From IMG/VR virus record IMGVR_UViG_3300025608_000017, positions 20,154 to 84,153 of that record: a stretch of DNA of 64,000 nt; one strand, written 5' to 3'. Positions within the stretch are counted from its first letter, which is position 1. Each line of letters begins with the position of its first letter. The notes under the pieces are model-generated. The model was not told the DNA's origin. It saw nothing but the letters and a program-made list of their open reading frames with translations, and searched no databases. Below, in pieces: positions 33,501-41,253 of this stretch. The DNA is from a virus. Lineage: Duplodnaviria; Caudoviricetes. The position numbers and the translations under genes were made by a program.

Positions 33501-36293
33501 ATAGTATTCACCTTGTGCTTCTAGTGCAAACTCATTGCCGCCGTTGCGGAAGTCTTTTACTAGTGCATCGACAATTAGTCCAACGTCTCTAAAACATTTT
33601 GCTCTACTGTAAGAACCAACCAGTGCAGGGTATGTTGTTTCAATATAGTTAACAACTTGTTCTTGTATAAACTCTTTGTTGTCAATAAGTGTAAGGGCGT
33701 TTGTTTCCCACTTGCCTACATTTTCATAACCAGCACCTGTATTTTTAAGATAAGCAGGATGACTCAAGTAATGATACCCGAAGTACCCGTCAACTTTATT
33801 AGTTAGTGGATTTACATATTCGATACCATTAGGAACTCGGGCAATTACAAATGTAATGCTCGACGCACCGCCAGCGCCTAGTTGATCGTCTAAAACAGTT
33901 ATTCGTTCACCATTTTGCCAGTCTTTGCCTGAATTGGTTACAGTAATATCTGTTATTGTGCCTCCTGCACCAACAGTAATATCAAATTCTGCGTCTTTGC
34001 CCAACTTATCAGTAGTCCACGTACTTACACTATACGTTCCTGGAGTTCTTGCTGCATTTGTCTGCGGATCAAATGATACAGATTCGATATTTGATGTACC
34101 TAGTATAAGATTATCAAACTCTGCATCACGATAGAAGAACGTGTTTGCCCAACGTGATTGCGACACACGTTTCTTTGGACGGATAATACAACGTCTAAAT
34201 TCGTCACCCTTAACACTTACGTTTGCAGGAATACGGATTGGATAGTCTTCTTCGTAAATACCACTTTCAATTCTTATTGAAATCTGTGTTTCACGCACAT
34301 AGTTACCATACTCTAATGGTTCACCTGCTACAAATTCAACAGGCTCTAATAACTGTACTTCAATTTCATCTGTTCCAACAATACTAACTGCTCTTGGACC
34401 TGCTTCGTATTTATAGTCAATAATTCTACCAACTGCGCCTGAGTTTTTACCACGTACAACTTTACCAGGAATAATATCAGTGTTTTCTGGATTTGCTTGA
34501 TTGATAAATCCAAGGCCACCATTGTTAATATTAATTTTATAAGTTGTTTGTCCATCAACAATTTGTGGAGCATCTAACACACCATTTTCGATAACGTCTA
34601 GTATGATATCCATTTTTTCGCCAATGGCTTCGTCGGCACTTGTATCCGGTAGTGCTAGATTAGTTACTTGTGATACTCGTGATTGATATGTTGTAGGCAC
34701 AGGTGTATTTGTTAAAATATATTGTGTAACAATCGTTTTAGCATACTCAATACCTGCAATAGTTTCTACACGCTGTGAGCCAATTGCTTTTTGCGCACTA
34801 ACATTCGAATAGTAACGGATACCTGCCCAACGTGATAGATAGTTAGCGTTGTTGCCTAGTAGTGCATCTAAACTAACACTATCTAAAATAAATTCAACAT
34901 CGCGTTGACAAATTTCTACGTCATACGATCCTGCAAAGCTAGGAAATGTTGCGTCAATATATCCTGTAACTTCTTTAGCAATAAACTCTTTGTTTGCTAC
35001 AATGATTGCTCTTGCATTAGCACGGTCTGCAATAGGTGATGAAATGCCAACAGTATTAGTTAGTGCAGTATTGCCTCCTGTTGCATAAGTCATTGTTTGC
35101 ATATAAGGACCTGGCTCAGGCGGCGCAGCAATAATTATTTCTTCTGCTTTCCGTGCTGCTGCATTAATTGTGCGATACGCATATGCTGGTGCACGACCTT
35201 CTTTACCATCTGGCGTAAATGTTTGTTGATCTGAACCCGATGTACTTACATAAAGATTAACTTGACTCTGTGCTGCTGCATTGTCTACATACAGTTTCGT
35301 AGCAGCTTGTAGATCATCAGGACCGTTTGGAAGACCTGTACCTCTTAGTTCGCCAGGATGGTCAAACAAATTAAGAGCGCCGGTCATATCATCACCCTGA
35401 CGCCTTACTATACTTTTACGAGGTATAGCAACATTGTCTAGCCAAAAGCCTCTGAGATTTTCATCATATGCTGCATCAGTAATTGTAAATGTTCCTGAGC
35501 CGCCGGACAGCAAAATTCTTCCAGTTGAGTTGATAGCATCATCTTCGCTATTGTATAAAGCAATATTATCTGTATCGACTATACTAATATATACAGTTCC
35601 GCCAGTGGTAACACCAAAAGGATCATCGCCTGTTGAGTTAAATATAAATGCAGCGCCGTTGAACGCCGTTGTTAGCCCGTGATCAACAATAGTTAGGTTA
35701 CCGAGATTAAAACCAGAAGCAGTAAAAATATAGCCAGAGTCGTCAAGTGGCTCATCACCTAGACGTAGTCCGCCGCCAGCAACTTCTTTTGACTGATAAC
35801 TTCTGTCAGCAAATGCTTTGTCAATAACAAGGGCACCTGTTGTTAAGTTTGTTCCGTGTACACTGTTAAATGTATCAATTGCAGCTTGCGTAACACTTAC
35901 ATTAGCAATTGGCTGTGTTGCAGCATCTAGCGGTCCGCCTAAGATTGGCTCAGGGTCGTTTGATACTTTTGATACAAGTTGTTTAATAATTACTTTGCCG
36001 TCAACTGTAAAATCAAAGCCAATAGTGTCTGGTGTGCCGTCTAGGCTATTATCTGAAGCAAGTTCAAGTAAATCAATGCCACTGCCGTCTGACTTGACCA
36101 AAGGAACTTTGTTTTCGTTACCTTCATATGTGTTAGGAGTGTCATTGAGATCAGTGAATGATATCTGTCCGCCAATACCAAATACAGCATATAGTTCTTG
36201 AAAGTTTTCGTTTACTTTACGAAACGACTCGCGAATACTATCGCCTGTGCCGTCATTACCTTCAATGCCGATATCAATTTGTTGCTTTGCCAT
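27552..36293 (-). CDS. giant (2913 aa) virion/tail protein with C-terminal intramolecular-chaperone/auto-cleavage (peptidase G2-like) domain
   Basis: gp9/10-like N-terminus DGTGDSIRESFRKVNENF; DAATK.YVD fibre motifs; C-terminal YADLAENY...GVVSTNPA...ALQGRVPC...IGKALE. Confidence 0.85.
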   Translation of the reverse strand: MAKQQIDIGIEGNDGTGDSIRESFRKVNENFQELYAVFGIGGQISFTDLNDTPNTYEGNENKVPLVKSDGSGIDLLELASDNSLDGTPDTIGFDFTVDGKVIIKQLVSKVSNDPEPILGGPLDAATQPIANVSVTQAAIDTFNSVHGTNLTTGALVIDKAFADRSYQSKEVAGGGLRLGDEPLDDSGYIFTASGFNLGNLTIVDHGLTTAFNGAAFIFNSTGDDPFGVTTGGTVYISIVDTDNIALYNSEDDAINSTGRILLSGGSGTFTITDAAYDENLRGFWLDNVAIPRKSIVRRQGDDMTGALNLFDHPGELRGTGLPNGPDDLQAATKLYVDNAAAQSQVNLYVSTSGSDQQTFTPDGKEGRAPAYAYRTINAAARKAEEIIIAAPPEPGPYMQTMTYATGGNTALTNTVGISSPIADRANARAIIVANKEFIAKEVTGYIDATFPSFAGSYDVEICQRDVEFILDSVSLDALLGNNANYLSRWAGIRYYSNVSAQKAIGSQRVETIAGIEYAKTIVTQYILTNTPVPTTYQSRVSQVTNLALPDTSADEAIGEKMDIILDVIENGVLDAPQIVDGQTTYKININNGGLGFINQANPENTDIIPGKVVRGKNSGAVGRIIDYKYEAGPRAVSIVGTDEIEVQLLEPVEFVAGEPLEYGNYVRETQISIRIESGIYEEDYPIRIPANVSVKGDEFRRCIIRPKKRVSQSRWANTFFYRDAEFDNLILGTSNIESVSFDPQTNAARTPGTYSVSTWTTDKLGKDAEFDITVGAGGTITDITVTNSGKDWQNGERITVLDDQLGAGGASSITFVIARVPNGIEYVNPLTNKVDGYFGYHYLSHPAYLKNTGAGYENVGKWETNALTLIDNKEFIQEQVVNYIETTYPALVGSYSRAKCFRDVGLIVDALVKDFRNGGNEFALEAQGEYYAGAVEAGTEDETVAGIQHIYTIASKLILGENPTTLYNQAGGDASNRLYAADLFNGSGEPDSWESGETYRLGNVIKFTTGLGVTTYYTPTKEHISGSAFDAATIAEFWRVIDGPDVVLQNLIDTVKFAFNEDYNPPLNNIDMDVFLMNDATMVRNITVQGHGGFMCVLDPEGQVLTKSPYIQTGSSFSQSLNKQAFRGGLFVDAFVGNSAVQVTEKVDGSAFRLSIQSLGSPTEPQGLFVRRPETPSAFYIDGRRFQVNAVTNYDKNAGTAELILDPSSNNGTGFTGITSTLATGVDLDSVGTFEFDSVKCARDTGYILDGITFDVALGTNYNSVYNGLAYQRATGSYVQNNQQTQTVQAITKGKTEVAALTEIADSATALARSNAGFDEVIDIINNGTQSVSEPGDGVADALSFPSPAALPTTDADDAATRLQNNRAFLAAEVVAFVNNNTPPAGYNQTKCARDVRYIVDALTYDILYGGNSGTVTNAMAYLDGAAAQLPEAQRLATAAAYDHLATVVAAVITDATGVATTTPQIGNVEVQDTSGAAATATEGNALDALLQIIENVVTAGNLNSLPDVVNPDLTTLAVSAELTDAANDVISNRALIINRVLQSIDSPLPITLQTAGNRSILGNDFTQVNDLGYGLVAANGALSEMVSMFTYYCHASYYSKNGAEIRSLTGSSCYGEFGLVAEGSDPNEIPDSIALYEDMTQPAKAFDVDAILFTTGPLVLQAGETLTQALSGATGEVAVATSTTGGSNVVYLTSITGAFDTTNEITGSVSGALGANSVPVSVDANGYDNPKESLAVYVYDMKDVPSNRSEVNIYHPARPAFARYEVANAELVTHIIGEYPLLAETTDYTATKTDPAATGFVFNLYKTIDAGYSVEFAGANDGVNYTVGDTFVVTGDKLGGATPANDCTVTVDDVDGDGAITEVSAAGTIAVEGSTPMYSGKVYKLNFSTSDTQFSANGLLEIVPFNTSIVYYRNQTHIISDLARPDVLTIRPSTALTFDENPDFVYRSISFLTSDSLGNDLPENTSQAGLDSTYDFIRLSIDPAKAQETALAGTGTTKGNTVGDVVLAVKLADENEIFRLNNNARTPTGNRPAGWTADSLATDSPIITWGGKKHYVFNYRGVGAGDVVEEPGEDNIYAIVDLVDYDTINQTDATGIASTTVLGSELVTLRAGLKAGATGSVTVNISTCRATGHDFLDIGTGGFNTSNYPNVIFGEPGEKKESNEVIEKGKGRVFYVSTDQNGIFRVGRFFSVDQGTGTVTFSASLALSDVDGLGFKRGVVITEFSTDTAMVDNASDTVPTESAVRGYVNRRLGYDVTGAPVANKLGPGVLAPNGAVPMTDDLNAAGNTITNLGTPVNDADAATKSYVDEGRGGNDEIKDLRSVEYNNIAANQLLVSTGNKKLILEAGSILGGGFAVSDVITGSISGATGTVVDYKDGLVGIEGNIVEITYEPLTGVFSDGKPADGPAADVLTAPGGKQGNVLDGPVDEWANGVAAESSDVVITTTRTAGDGRQVEINMSVATGSVVNADVSGTAQIAQSKLNLNAATTRVDATGISQSDLGSASFDDAKFEVTDGWVTVKSGSVSLIDLENIATDTVLGRSADGSGVVSEIPFSTIVDEGTGLLDADFTAEILAASDAGEALVKTGDGTYGISNISVTGEGNSIVKTDQEGTIQVNSLILGGDSSYEVLSLDSLTLQVKTPSQGLIFTAVGGTGGGSPTYPDMLVKGSVGIGGTGISESILQGTSNFTGEKVLGVDWIYSSFIEAPGEKGAASTAIAIGANTGKTTAGQVGIVTADTGSASSVVPAIFSSTGIVPDTDNTYDIGSATKKYKDVYATLFRGTATESYYADLAENYLADAEYTPGTVIEFGGAAEVTQSTTHGTHRVAGVVSTNPAHLMNSHCEGDNVVAIALQGRVPCNVIGKVAKGDMLVASNVPGYAIVNNTPTVGSVIGKALEDKLDGDKGTVEVVVGKH

Positions 36294-36307
36294 TTATATT
36301 GCTCCGT

Positions 36308-36673
36308 TTATATTGCTGGGGTTGCCAGATTATTCATATCAAAATTTACGCTTATACCACAGCCGCATGCTGATTGAGCGTTAGGATTGATGATTTCAAA
36401 CATCGAACCCATAATATCTTTTTTGTAATTTATTTCAGTTCCTACTAAAAACATAATACTGGCTGCACCAATTACAAATATACCGTCGTTGTCTGTTTTT
36501 AACACTACATCATTAGATTCAACTTCGTCTGCGGAGTTTATTGTTCCCCAATCGTATTCAAATCCTGCACATCCGCCACCTTTTAAATTTAATGTAACTG
36601 CATAGCACTGAGTATCATCGCATATAGCGTCAATCTGTGCTTTTGCACTGTCAGTTAGTGTACAAATAGTCAT
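36308..36673 (-). CDS. iscA: A-type iron-sulfur cluster carrier (IscA/SufA/HesB family)
   Basis: GGGCAGFEY and NPNAQSACGCG. Confidence 0.9.
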   Translation of the reverse strand: MTICTLTDSAKAQIDAICDDTQCYAVTLNLKGGGCAGFEYDWGTINSADEVESNDVVLKTDNDGIFVIGAASIMFLVGTEINYKKDIMGSMFEIINPNAQSACGCGISVNFDMNNLATPAI

Positions 36674-36734
36674 GATGTTTCCTTCTATGATAGTATTTAT
36701 TATTTAATTTTATAATCTTAATGTAAATATAGTT

Positions 36735-37022
36735 ATGTTCATAAGAGAATTTAAAAAGCAAACACGGCATGTGCGCACCAGCAAAACGGGCACGGAACAC
36801 GCCTATACACGCGAATTAACTGTGTGTGTATTTCGTTGCGACAGTTGCGATACAGAGTTTGAACGTACAAGAGGTAGTATGGATCCTAAGCGCCTAAGTA
36901 ATTCTTACTTTCACGTATGTAAGAACTGTGATAGTAAGAAATTTGCTCAAAAGAAAGGCGTAGAACAGAAGCAAAAATGGAATATGACTGCTAGTAGTTC
37001 TACGCCTATTAGTAAACTTTAG
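36735..37022 (+). CDS. zinc-finger-like protein
   Basis: CDSC...CKNC; late motif 5 nt before the ATG. Confidence 0.75.
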   Translation: MFIREFKKQTRHVRTSKTGTEHAYTRELTVCVFRCDSCDTEFERTRGSMDPKRLSNSYFHVCKNCDSKKFAQKKGVEQKQKWNMTASSSTPISKL

Positions 37023-37228
37023 TTTCTTCTAAAAAGATCAGCAGCATTACACTGCGGTTGAGCTCTACAATTTCTAATATTATTCTCCCACATAATTTGA
37101 TCTGGCATCCAATCAAACTCGGGTAGATCTCTATAAGTATTAGCAGAACTATTACATCCTGCTAACAATACAGCTAAAACTACTATAGATAAATGTACTA
37201 CAAATATAGAATGCAGTAGTCTAATCAT
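37019..37228 (-). CDS. small predicted lipoprotein
   Basis: Hydrophobic signal ending LLAG-C; overlaps the end of the monooxygenase gene. Confidence 0.6.
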   Translation of the reverse strand: MIRLLHSIFVVHLSIVVLAVLLAGCNSSANTYRDLPEFDWMPDQIMWENNIRNCRAQPQCNAADLFRRN

Positions 37229-38495
37229 TTCCGGCTATCATCCTTTGTGATTTAAGTTTGTTGTATCCCTCATCGTCTAAGTGTGTAATAGCAAGCCAAG
37301 CATGTGTCATCTCATCGCCTGTGCGTGAGCCGCCCATTACCCACATATCTGGATCCGGATTGTTTGGATTGTCTGAGGTATTGTCATACCACTGTTTTAA
37401 TATAATAACTGCGCCTGCAGGTATTAATGGTGCCACTTCAGGAGCATACAAATGGCTGTGATGCCATGTTGCGCTCCACTTAGAGATTTGACTCACTGCT
37501 TCTGTTCTACCAGTTTCAGGATAGAAAATTTCTAGACTTGCTGCATTCATGCGCAAGTGACCGTGTGGTTGGAAACTATCTAAACGCACAGGATGGTCGA
37601 AAGAATGGAAACCTTGTGTCATTGCATATCCATTGGGTGGGATAACCAGATCGTCCTGATCCCCTAAGCGATACAAACTCAAATCTTGTTTGTATTTTAA
37701 TTGTTGGCTTTCCTCTTCTGTGTATAACCAAAGACCAATCTCTACCACATTGTCTTTGATGACAGAACCTGGGGCCATTGCTCCAAGACCACCTGGGAAC
37801 ATGTGAATATCCCAACTGATTTGTGCGTCTGCGGGGATCGTACGGCAGACTCCTTCTGGTACAATCTCTCCCCACTTTCCCATAGCATACTCAGTGAGCA
37901 TGCCTTCACGCCCTTCTGCTGTGAGAATACTTGAGTTAGCGTGATGTACTACTGACTTGGCTGCACCTCGTGGTTTGACTTGAACTGCTTTGATACATCT
38001 GTCTTGAGTAATACCACTTGGTACTAAATGCTTGTGCCATAGATCATTGCCGTTTGCAGGAATGTCTATTGCTACACTAGGAATGATTGCGTCTGGTGTT
38101 CCAAAGTCACCTTCAAAGTTCCATGCTTCCGGATCTCTAATTGGAGGTGCTTGTACAGCAACGTCTTGGTCACCGTACTGTGCGCCTGAGTTTACCCACG
38201 CAACAACTGTGTCAATATCTTCTTGTGATAAACGCCAGTCGCCTTGTAGGTCTTGTATGCCTATACCGTGATCGTAAGCATACGGAGGCATTTCTCTATT
38301 TGCTACTTTTAATTGTATAAGAGGTGCCCATGGGCGTACCTGCTCATAGGTTTCAAAACTCATAGGTCCTATGCCGCCTTGACGGTGACACACAACACAA
38401 TTGTTGTTGATAATTTCTGCTACTTCGTTTGTGTAAGTTTGTGCTGATACAGCAAAGGGAAACAGCACAGCGAATACTGCGATAATGTGTTTCAT
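37221..38495 (-). CDS. secreted cytochrome c / copper type II (PHM/DBM-like) monooxygenase fusion
   Basis: Signal peptide, CVVCH haem motif, VVHHAN and WDIHM (CuH), PHGH and DEM (CuM). Confidence 0.8.
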   Translation of the reverse strand: MKHIIAVFAVLFPFAVSAQTYTNEVAEIINNNCVVCHRQGGIGPMSFETYEQVRPWAPLIQLKVANREMPPYAYDHGIGIQDLQGDWRLSQEDIDTVVAWVNSGAQYGDQDVAVQAPPIRDPEAWNFEGDFGTPDAIIPSVAIDIPANGNDLWHKHLVPSGITQDRCIKAVQVKPRGAAKSVVHHANSSILTAEGREGMLTEYAMGKWGEIVPEGVCRTIPADAQISWDIHMFPGGLGAMAPGSVIKDNVVEIGLWLYTEEESQQLKYKQDLSLYRLGDQDDLVIPPNGYAMTQGFHSFDHPVRLDSFQPHGHLRMNAASLEIFYPETGRTEAVSQISKWSATWHHSHLYAPEVAPLIPAGAVIILKQWYDNTSDNPNNPDPDMWVMGGSRTGDEMTHAWLAITHLDDEGYNKLKSQRMIAGND

Positions 38496-38582
38496 ATATA
38501 ATTCTCCTGGGAACTATTAATATTTAAACACATTATCGCAGTATTGCAACCTCTTTCGGCAAGAAGTTACAATTTATTACAT

Positions 38583-38816
38583 TTAGCTTCTTGAAGGGTA
38601 TATACCCTCTAATGCAATAATTGCTTTACAGCCGTTTAGATCTTCTATTTTAGGTAAGGCAAATGTTGTTCTACCATCGCCGCCATAGGTTGTACCTAAT
38701 ATACTAAACAATGCTTCCCATTCTGCAATAGGCAGTAGTTGATGTTGGCAAAATGACCAACCTCTTGGAGCAAAGTTACCTGCAAAGTATTTTACTTCTC
38801 CTACAAACGGTTCCAT
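38583..38816 (-). CDS. stand-alone phage tail collar domain protein
   Basis: PFVGEVKYFAGNFAPRGWSFCQHQLLPI...ALFSILGTTYGGDGRTTFALP. Confidence 0.88.
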   Translation of the reverse strand: MEPFVGEVKYFAGNFAPRGWSFCQHQLLPIAEWEALFSILGTTYGGDGRTTFALPKIEDLNGCKAIIALEGIYPSRS

Positions 38817-38980
38817 TATTCAGCCTTCCAAATTGTCCAAGCACCATAAGCAATAGCGCCATAAGCAACTAGAGCAGCGATTGGTTTAAAAATTAAAAAC
38901 GCAATACCTGCGCCAATTAGTACTGCGCCGTCGAGTGTTGTTCTTTCTTCTAGTCTTTTCTTAATCCATGCTTTAACCAT
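38816..38980 (-). CDS. 54-aa membrane protein, holin-like (not in the ORF track)
   Basis: Manual translation MVKAWIKKRLEERTTLDGAVLIGAGIAFLIFKPIAALVAYGAIAYGAWTIWKAE; AGGAG RBS; TAATG coupling. Confidence 0.75.
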   Translation of the reverse strand: MVKAWIKKRLEERTTLDGAVLIGAGIAFLIFKPIAALVAYGAIAYGAWTIWKAE

Positions 38981-39001
38981 TTTTAAATCTCCTGTGTAAA
39001 A

Positions 39002-39014
39002 TATTTAGTAAATA
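39002..39014. promoter_or_regulatory. back-to-back late-type motifs
   Basis: TATTTA-GT-AAATA reads TAAATA on both strands between divergent genes. Confidence 0.6.
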
Positions 39015-39037
39015 ATAGTTCCTTAAGGAGGAAAACT

Positions 39038-39328
39038 ATGTTTAAATGGATGAAAAACTTATTTGTAAAAGCAGAGGATGTAGCAATTCCAGCACAAAAA
39101 TTATCTGATATTGCTCCCAAAGCAGTTACAACTAAAAAAGCAGTAAAAGTAGAAAAGGTTGTTGAAGTTGACGCAAAGACTGTAAAAGTCACTAAAGCAG
39201 GTTTATCAAAGTTAACTAAGCAAGGCTTAGAAGACTTTGCAAAATCTAATTATGGTGTTGACATTGACAAACGTAAAAAGAAACCTGACCTAGTTAAAGA
39301 AGTATTAGCACTTTCTAAGAAGGCCTAA
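39038..39328 (+). CDS. basic protein with C-terminal Rho-N/HeH-like helical motif
   Basis: LSKLTKQGLEDFAK...KKKPDLVKEVL; AAGGAGG RBS. Confidence 0.65.
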   Translation: MFKWMKNLFVKAEDVAIPAQKLSDIAPKAVTTKKAVKVEKVVEVDAKTVKVTKAGLSKLTKQGLEDFAKSNYGVDIDKRKKKPDLVKEVLALSKKA

Positions 39329-39602
39329 TCATACCCTTTAGCTGTTCAATTGCAGTTTCACAGCGAGTCAGCTTACGCTCTAATACAGTAATAGCTGCTC
39401 GCTGTTTTCTTGACTGCTCTTCCAAACTGCGCACATAAGCTTCTGTAGGAATCTTTTGTACACTTCCATCTTCACCTAACATTTCAAACATGTCAGCGCC
39501 TTGCGCACGTAATCCACCTGCTACACGATTAGGATTCTTGTCAGATGATGACTGGGTCTGGGTTGGATTTTTTCTTCCGTACATTTGATTCAAATAGCTC
39601 AT
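39315..39602 (-). CDS. conserved phage hypothetical protein (coiled-coil C-terminus)
   Basis: Start MSYLNQMYG after AAAGGA; perfect TATAAATA at 39620-39627. Confidence 0.7.
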   Translation of the reverse strand: MSYLNQMYGRKNPTQTQSSSDKNPNRVAGGLRAQGADMFEMLGEDGSVQKIPTEAYVRSLEEQSRKQRAAITVLERKLTRCETAIEQLKGMIRPS

Positions 39603-40629
39603 TGTCTTTTCCTTTGTAATATTTATACAACTCAATACTTGCTAGATTTTTGCATTTTGCCTCGCACATGATATCTGTGTAAGGTAAAAATGAGAGTGCA
39701 TAATCATTGACTACACTATTAGGATAGTAATCACTGTGTGCTCGCAGTTTTGCTTTCTTGTGTCCTGCTTCTAGTAGTGCGGGCATATCAGGCATAGTAT
39801 CGTGTGCAAATCCCTCTGGCAATGCCGTGTCTCTGCTATACGAATAATGTATTGCAGGACGAACACCTCTCCAACTGTCAACTATGCGTTTAAATCTATC
39901 GTCGGTGGGAAGAAGGTATGTTCCTTCACGGCACCAGTGATGGTGTATGTCCAAAACGAGTGCAAGGTCGTCGGCAAGTTCGAGGCTGTGCTCAACTCCC
40001 CACTTGTTTTCGTCGTTCTCGATTGTAATGGAGTTTCTTGCTTCAGGCGAGAGTCGTTTAAGTGCGTCCTTGATCCCTTGTGGACCTTTTCGACCCGATA
40101 TATGGACATTGCATTTAAAGTCTTGGAATTGTTTTCCGAAACCCATATAGCGGATGAGGTTGGCGTGATATTCAAATTCTTCTATGCTCCGTTCTACAAT
40201 TTCTTCGTTGTCACTAGCTAGAACAGTAAATTGTCCTGGGTGCATGGATAGTCTGACATCTAACTCTCTTGCCGTATCGCCAACAGCACCATAATGTTTT
40301 TCAAGATAGGCAATAACATCAGGACGCTGCCAGTAATAACTCCAATCCCGCTGAGTATAAACAGGAAGCTGATTGCTGCCCAATCTAACCATACGAAGTT
40401 CTGGAGGAAGGCTTCCCACATATTCTACTAACCTTTTGGCTGCTGCTGCATTATGCACCATGATATCCCACAGGCGCTGTTCTGCAACATCTTTTGTCTG
40501 CCTATTTAGCCATTGCACAGTTGTGCATTTTTCAGTTAGCGGACGTTGTATTTCTTCAAGTATTTTCTTTTTTTGTGTTTGATCTGGATGAAGATACTTG
40601 CATGCGAAGCCTATACGTTTGGTTGTCAT
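39541..40629 (-). CDS. uvsE: UV damage endonuclease UvsE/UVDE
   Basis: RIGFACK, RLSMHPGQF, IENDE, VLDIHHH, RAHSDY, IMCEAK. Confidence 0.93.
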   Translation of the reverse strand: MTTKRIGFACKYLHPDQTQKKKILEEIQRPLTEKCTTVQWLNRQTKDVAEQRLWDIMVHNAAAAKRLVEYVGSLPPELRMVRLGSNQLPVYTQRDWSYYWQRPDVIAYLEKHYGAVGDTARELDVRLSMHPGQFTVLASDNEEIVERSIEEFEYHANLIRYMGFGKQFQDFKCNVHISGRKGPQGIKDALKRLSPEARNSITIENDENKWGVEHSLELADDLALVLDIHHHWCREGTYLLPTDDRFKRIVDSWRGVRPAIHYSYSRDTALPEGFAHDTMPDMPALLEAGHKKAKLRAHSDYYPNSVVNDYALSFLPYTDIMCEAKCKNLASIELYKYYKGKDNELFESNVRKKKSNPDPVII

Positions 40630-40659
40630 AATGTGTGCCTATTCGTTTATTGTTTAATT

Positions 40660-40688
40660 AGTATAACACTGTTAACGCCAGTTGTCAA
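40660..40688 (-). promoter_or_regulatory. sigma70-type early promoter (uvsE)
   Basis: TTGACA-N17-TATACT. Confidence 0.85.
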
Positions 40689-41252
40689 CTATCTTGTAGT
40701 ATTAAAACTGATAACTGTACGGGCATCATTGTTATTTTTGTCAGTGTAGTGCTCTAGCCAACTAGGGAATATCACCAACAAGTCCTCATAGCAAGGAATA
40801 CAATGTTGGTACTCGTTAAATGGACTGTCTGTTGAAAAAATATCGTTCATCCTATATGGCTTCAATGGACTTGAAAAATATAAATTTGACGAACCTTCTG
40901 GTGCATTAATATAATACGCTCCACTTAATACACTTCCTTCGTGCCTATGCGGCACAACACTGCCTCCATCATTCATTCGATTAAACCAGCTATTTCCGAC
41001 TTTTAAAGGAGAATAACCGCCAACCGAAGCGTATTGCTTAATATTATTAGAAATATCTGTTTTTAATTCAATTAAATCGGGATGATCTAATATTGGAGAG
41101 GATGAAAAGCTACTGAGTCCGTTATCTAATAAGTCGTGATCTGTTAACTCTGTATTTTTTATTATTTCCAAAGCTCTTGTCTTACAAGAATGATTGCTCA
41201 TATCTACTAACATTACTGCTGTTGGGAATATGCTTATTATTTTGTTATCCAT
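40689..41252 (-). CDS. 2OG-Fe(II) oxygenase-like protein (TIGR02466-like)
   Basis: SWFN...PHRH...LSGAYY...IFPSWLEH...RTVISFN. Confidence 0.85.
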   Translation of the reverse strand: MDNKIISIFPTAVMLVDMSNHSCKTRALEIIKNTELTDHDLLDNGLSSFSSSPILDHPDLIELKTDISNNIKQYASVGGYSPLKVGNSWFNRMNDGGSVVPHRHEGSVLSGAYYINAPEGSSNLYFSSPLKPYRMNDIFSTDSPFNEYQHCIPCYEDLLVIFPSWLEHYTDKNNNDARTVISFNTTR

Positions 41253-41253
41253 A

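Noticed and set aside
1645-35682. Many plus-strand ORFs in the track (e.g. 2720-3100, 3780-4211, 4358-5089, 19611-20267, 24900-25427, 26190-26705)
   Set aside because: They are antisense shadows of well-supported minus-strand genes, with Ser/Pro/Val-rich low-information translations and no RBS.
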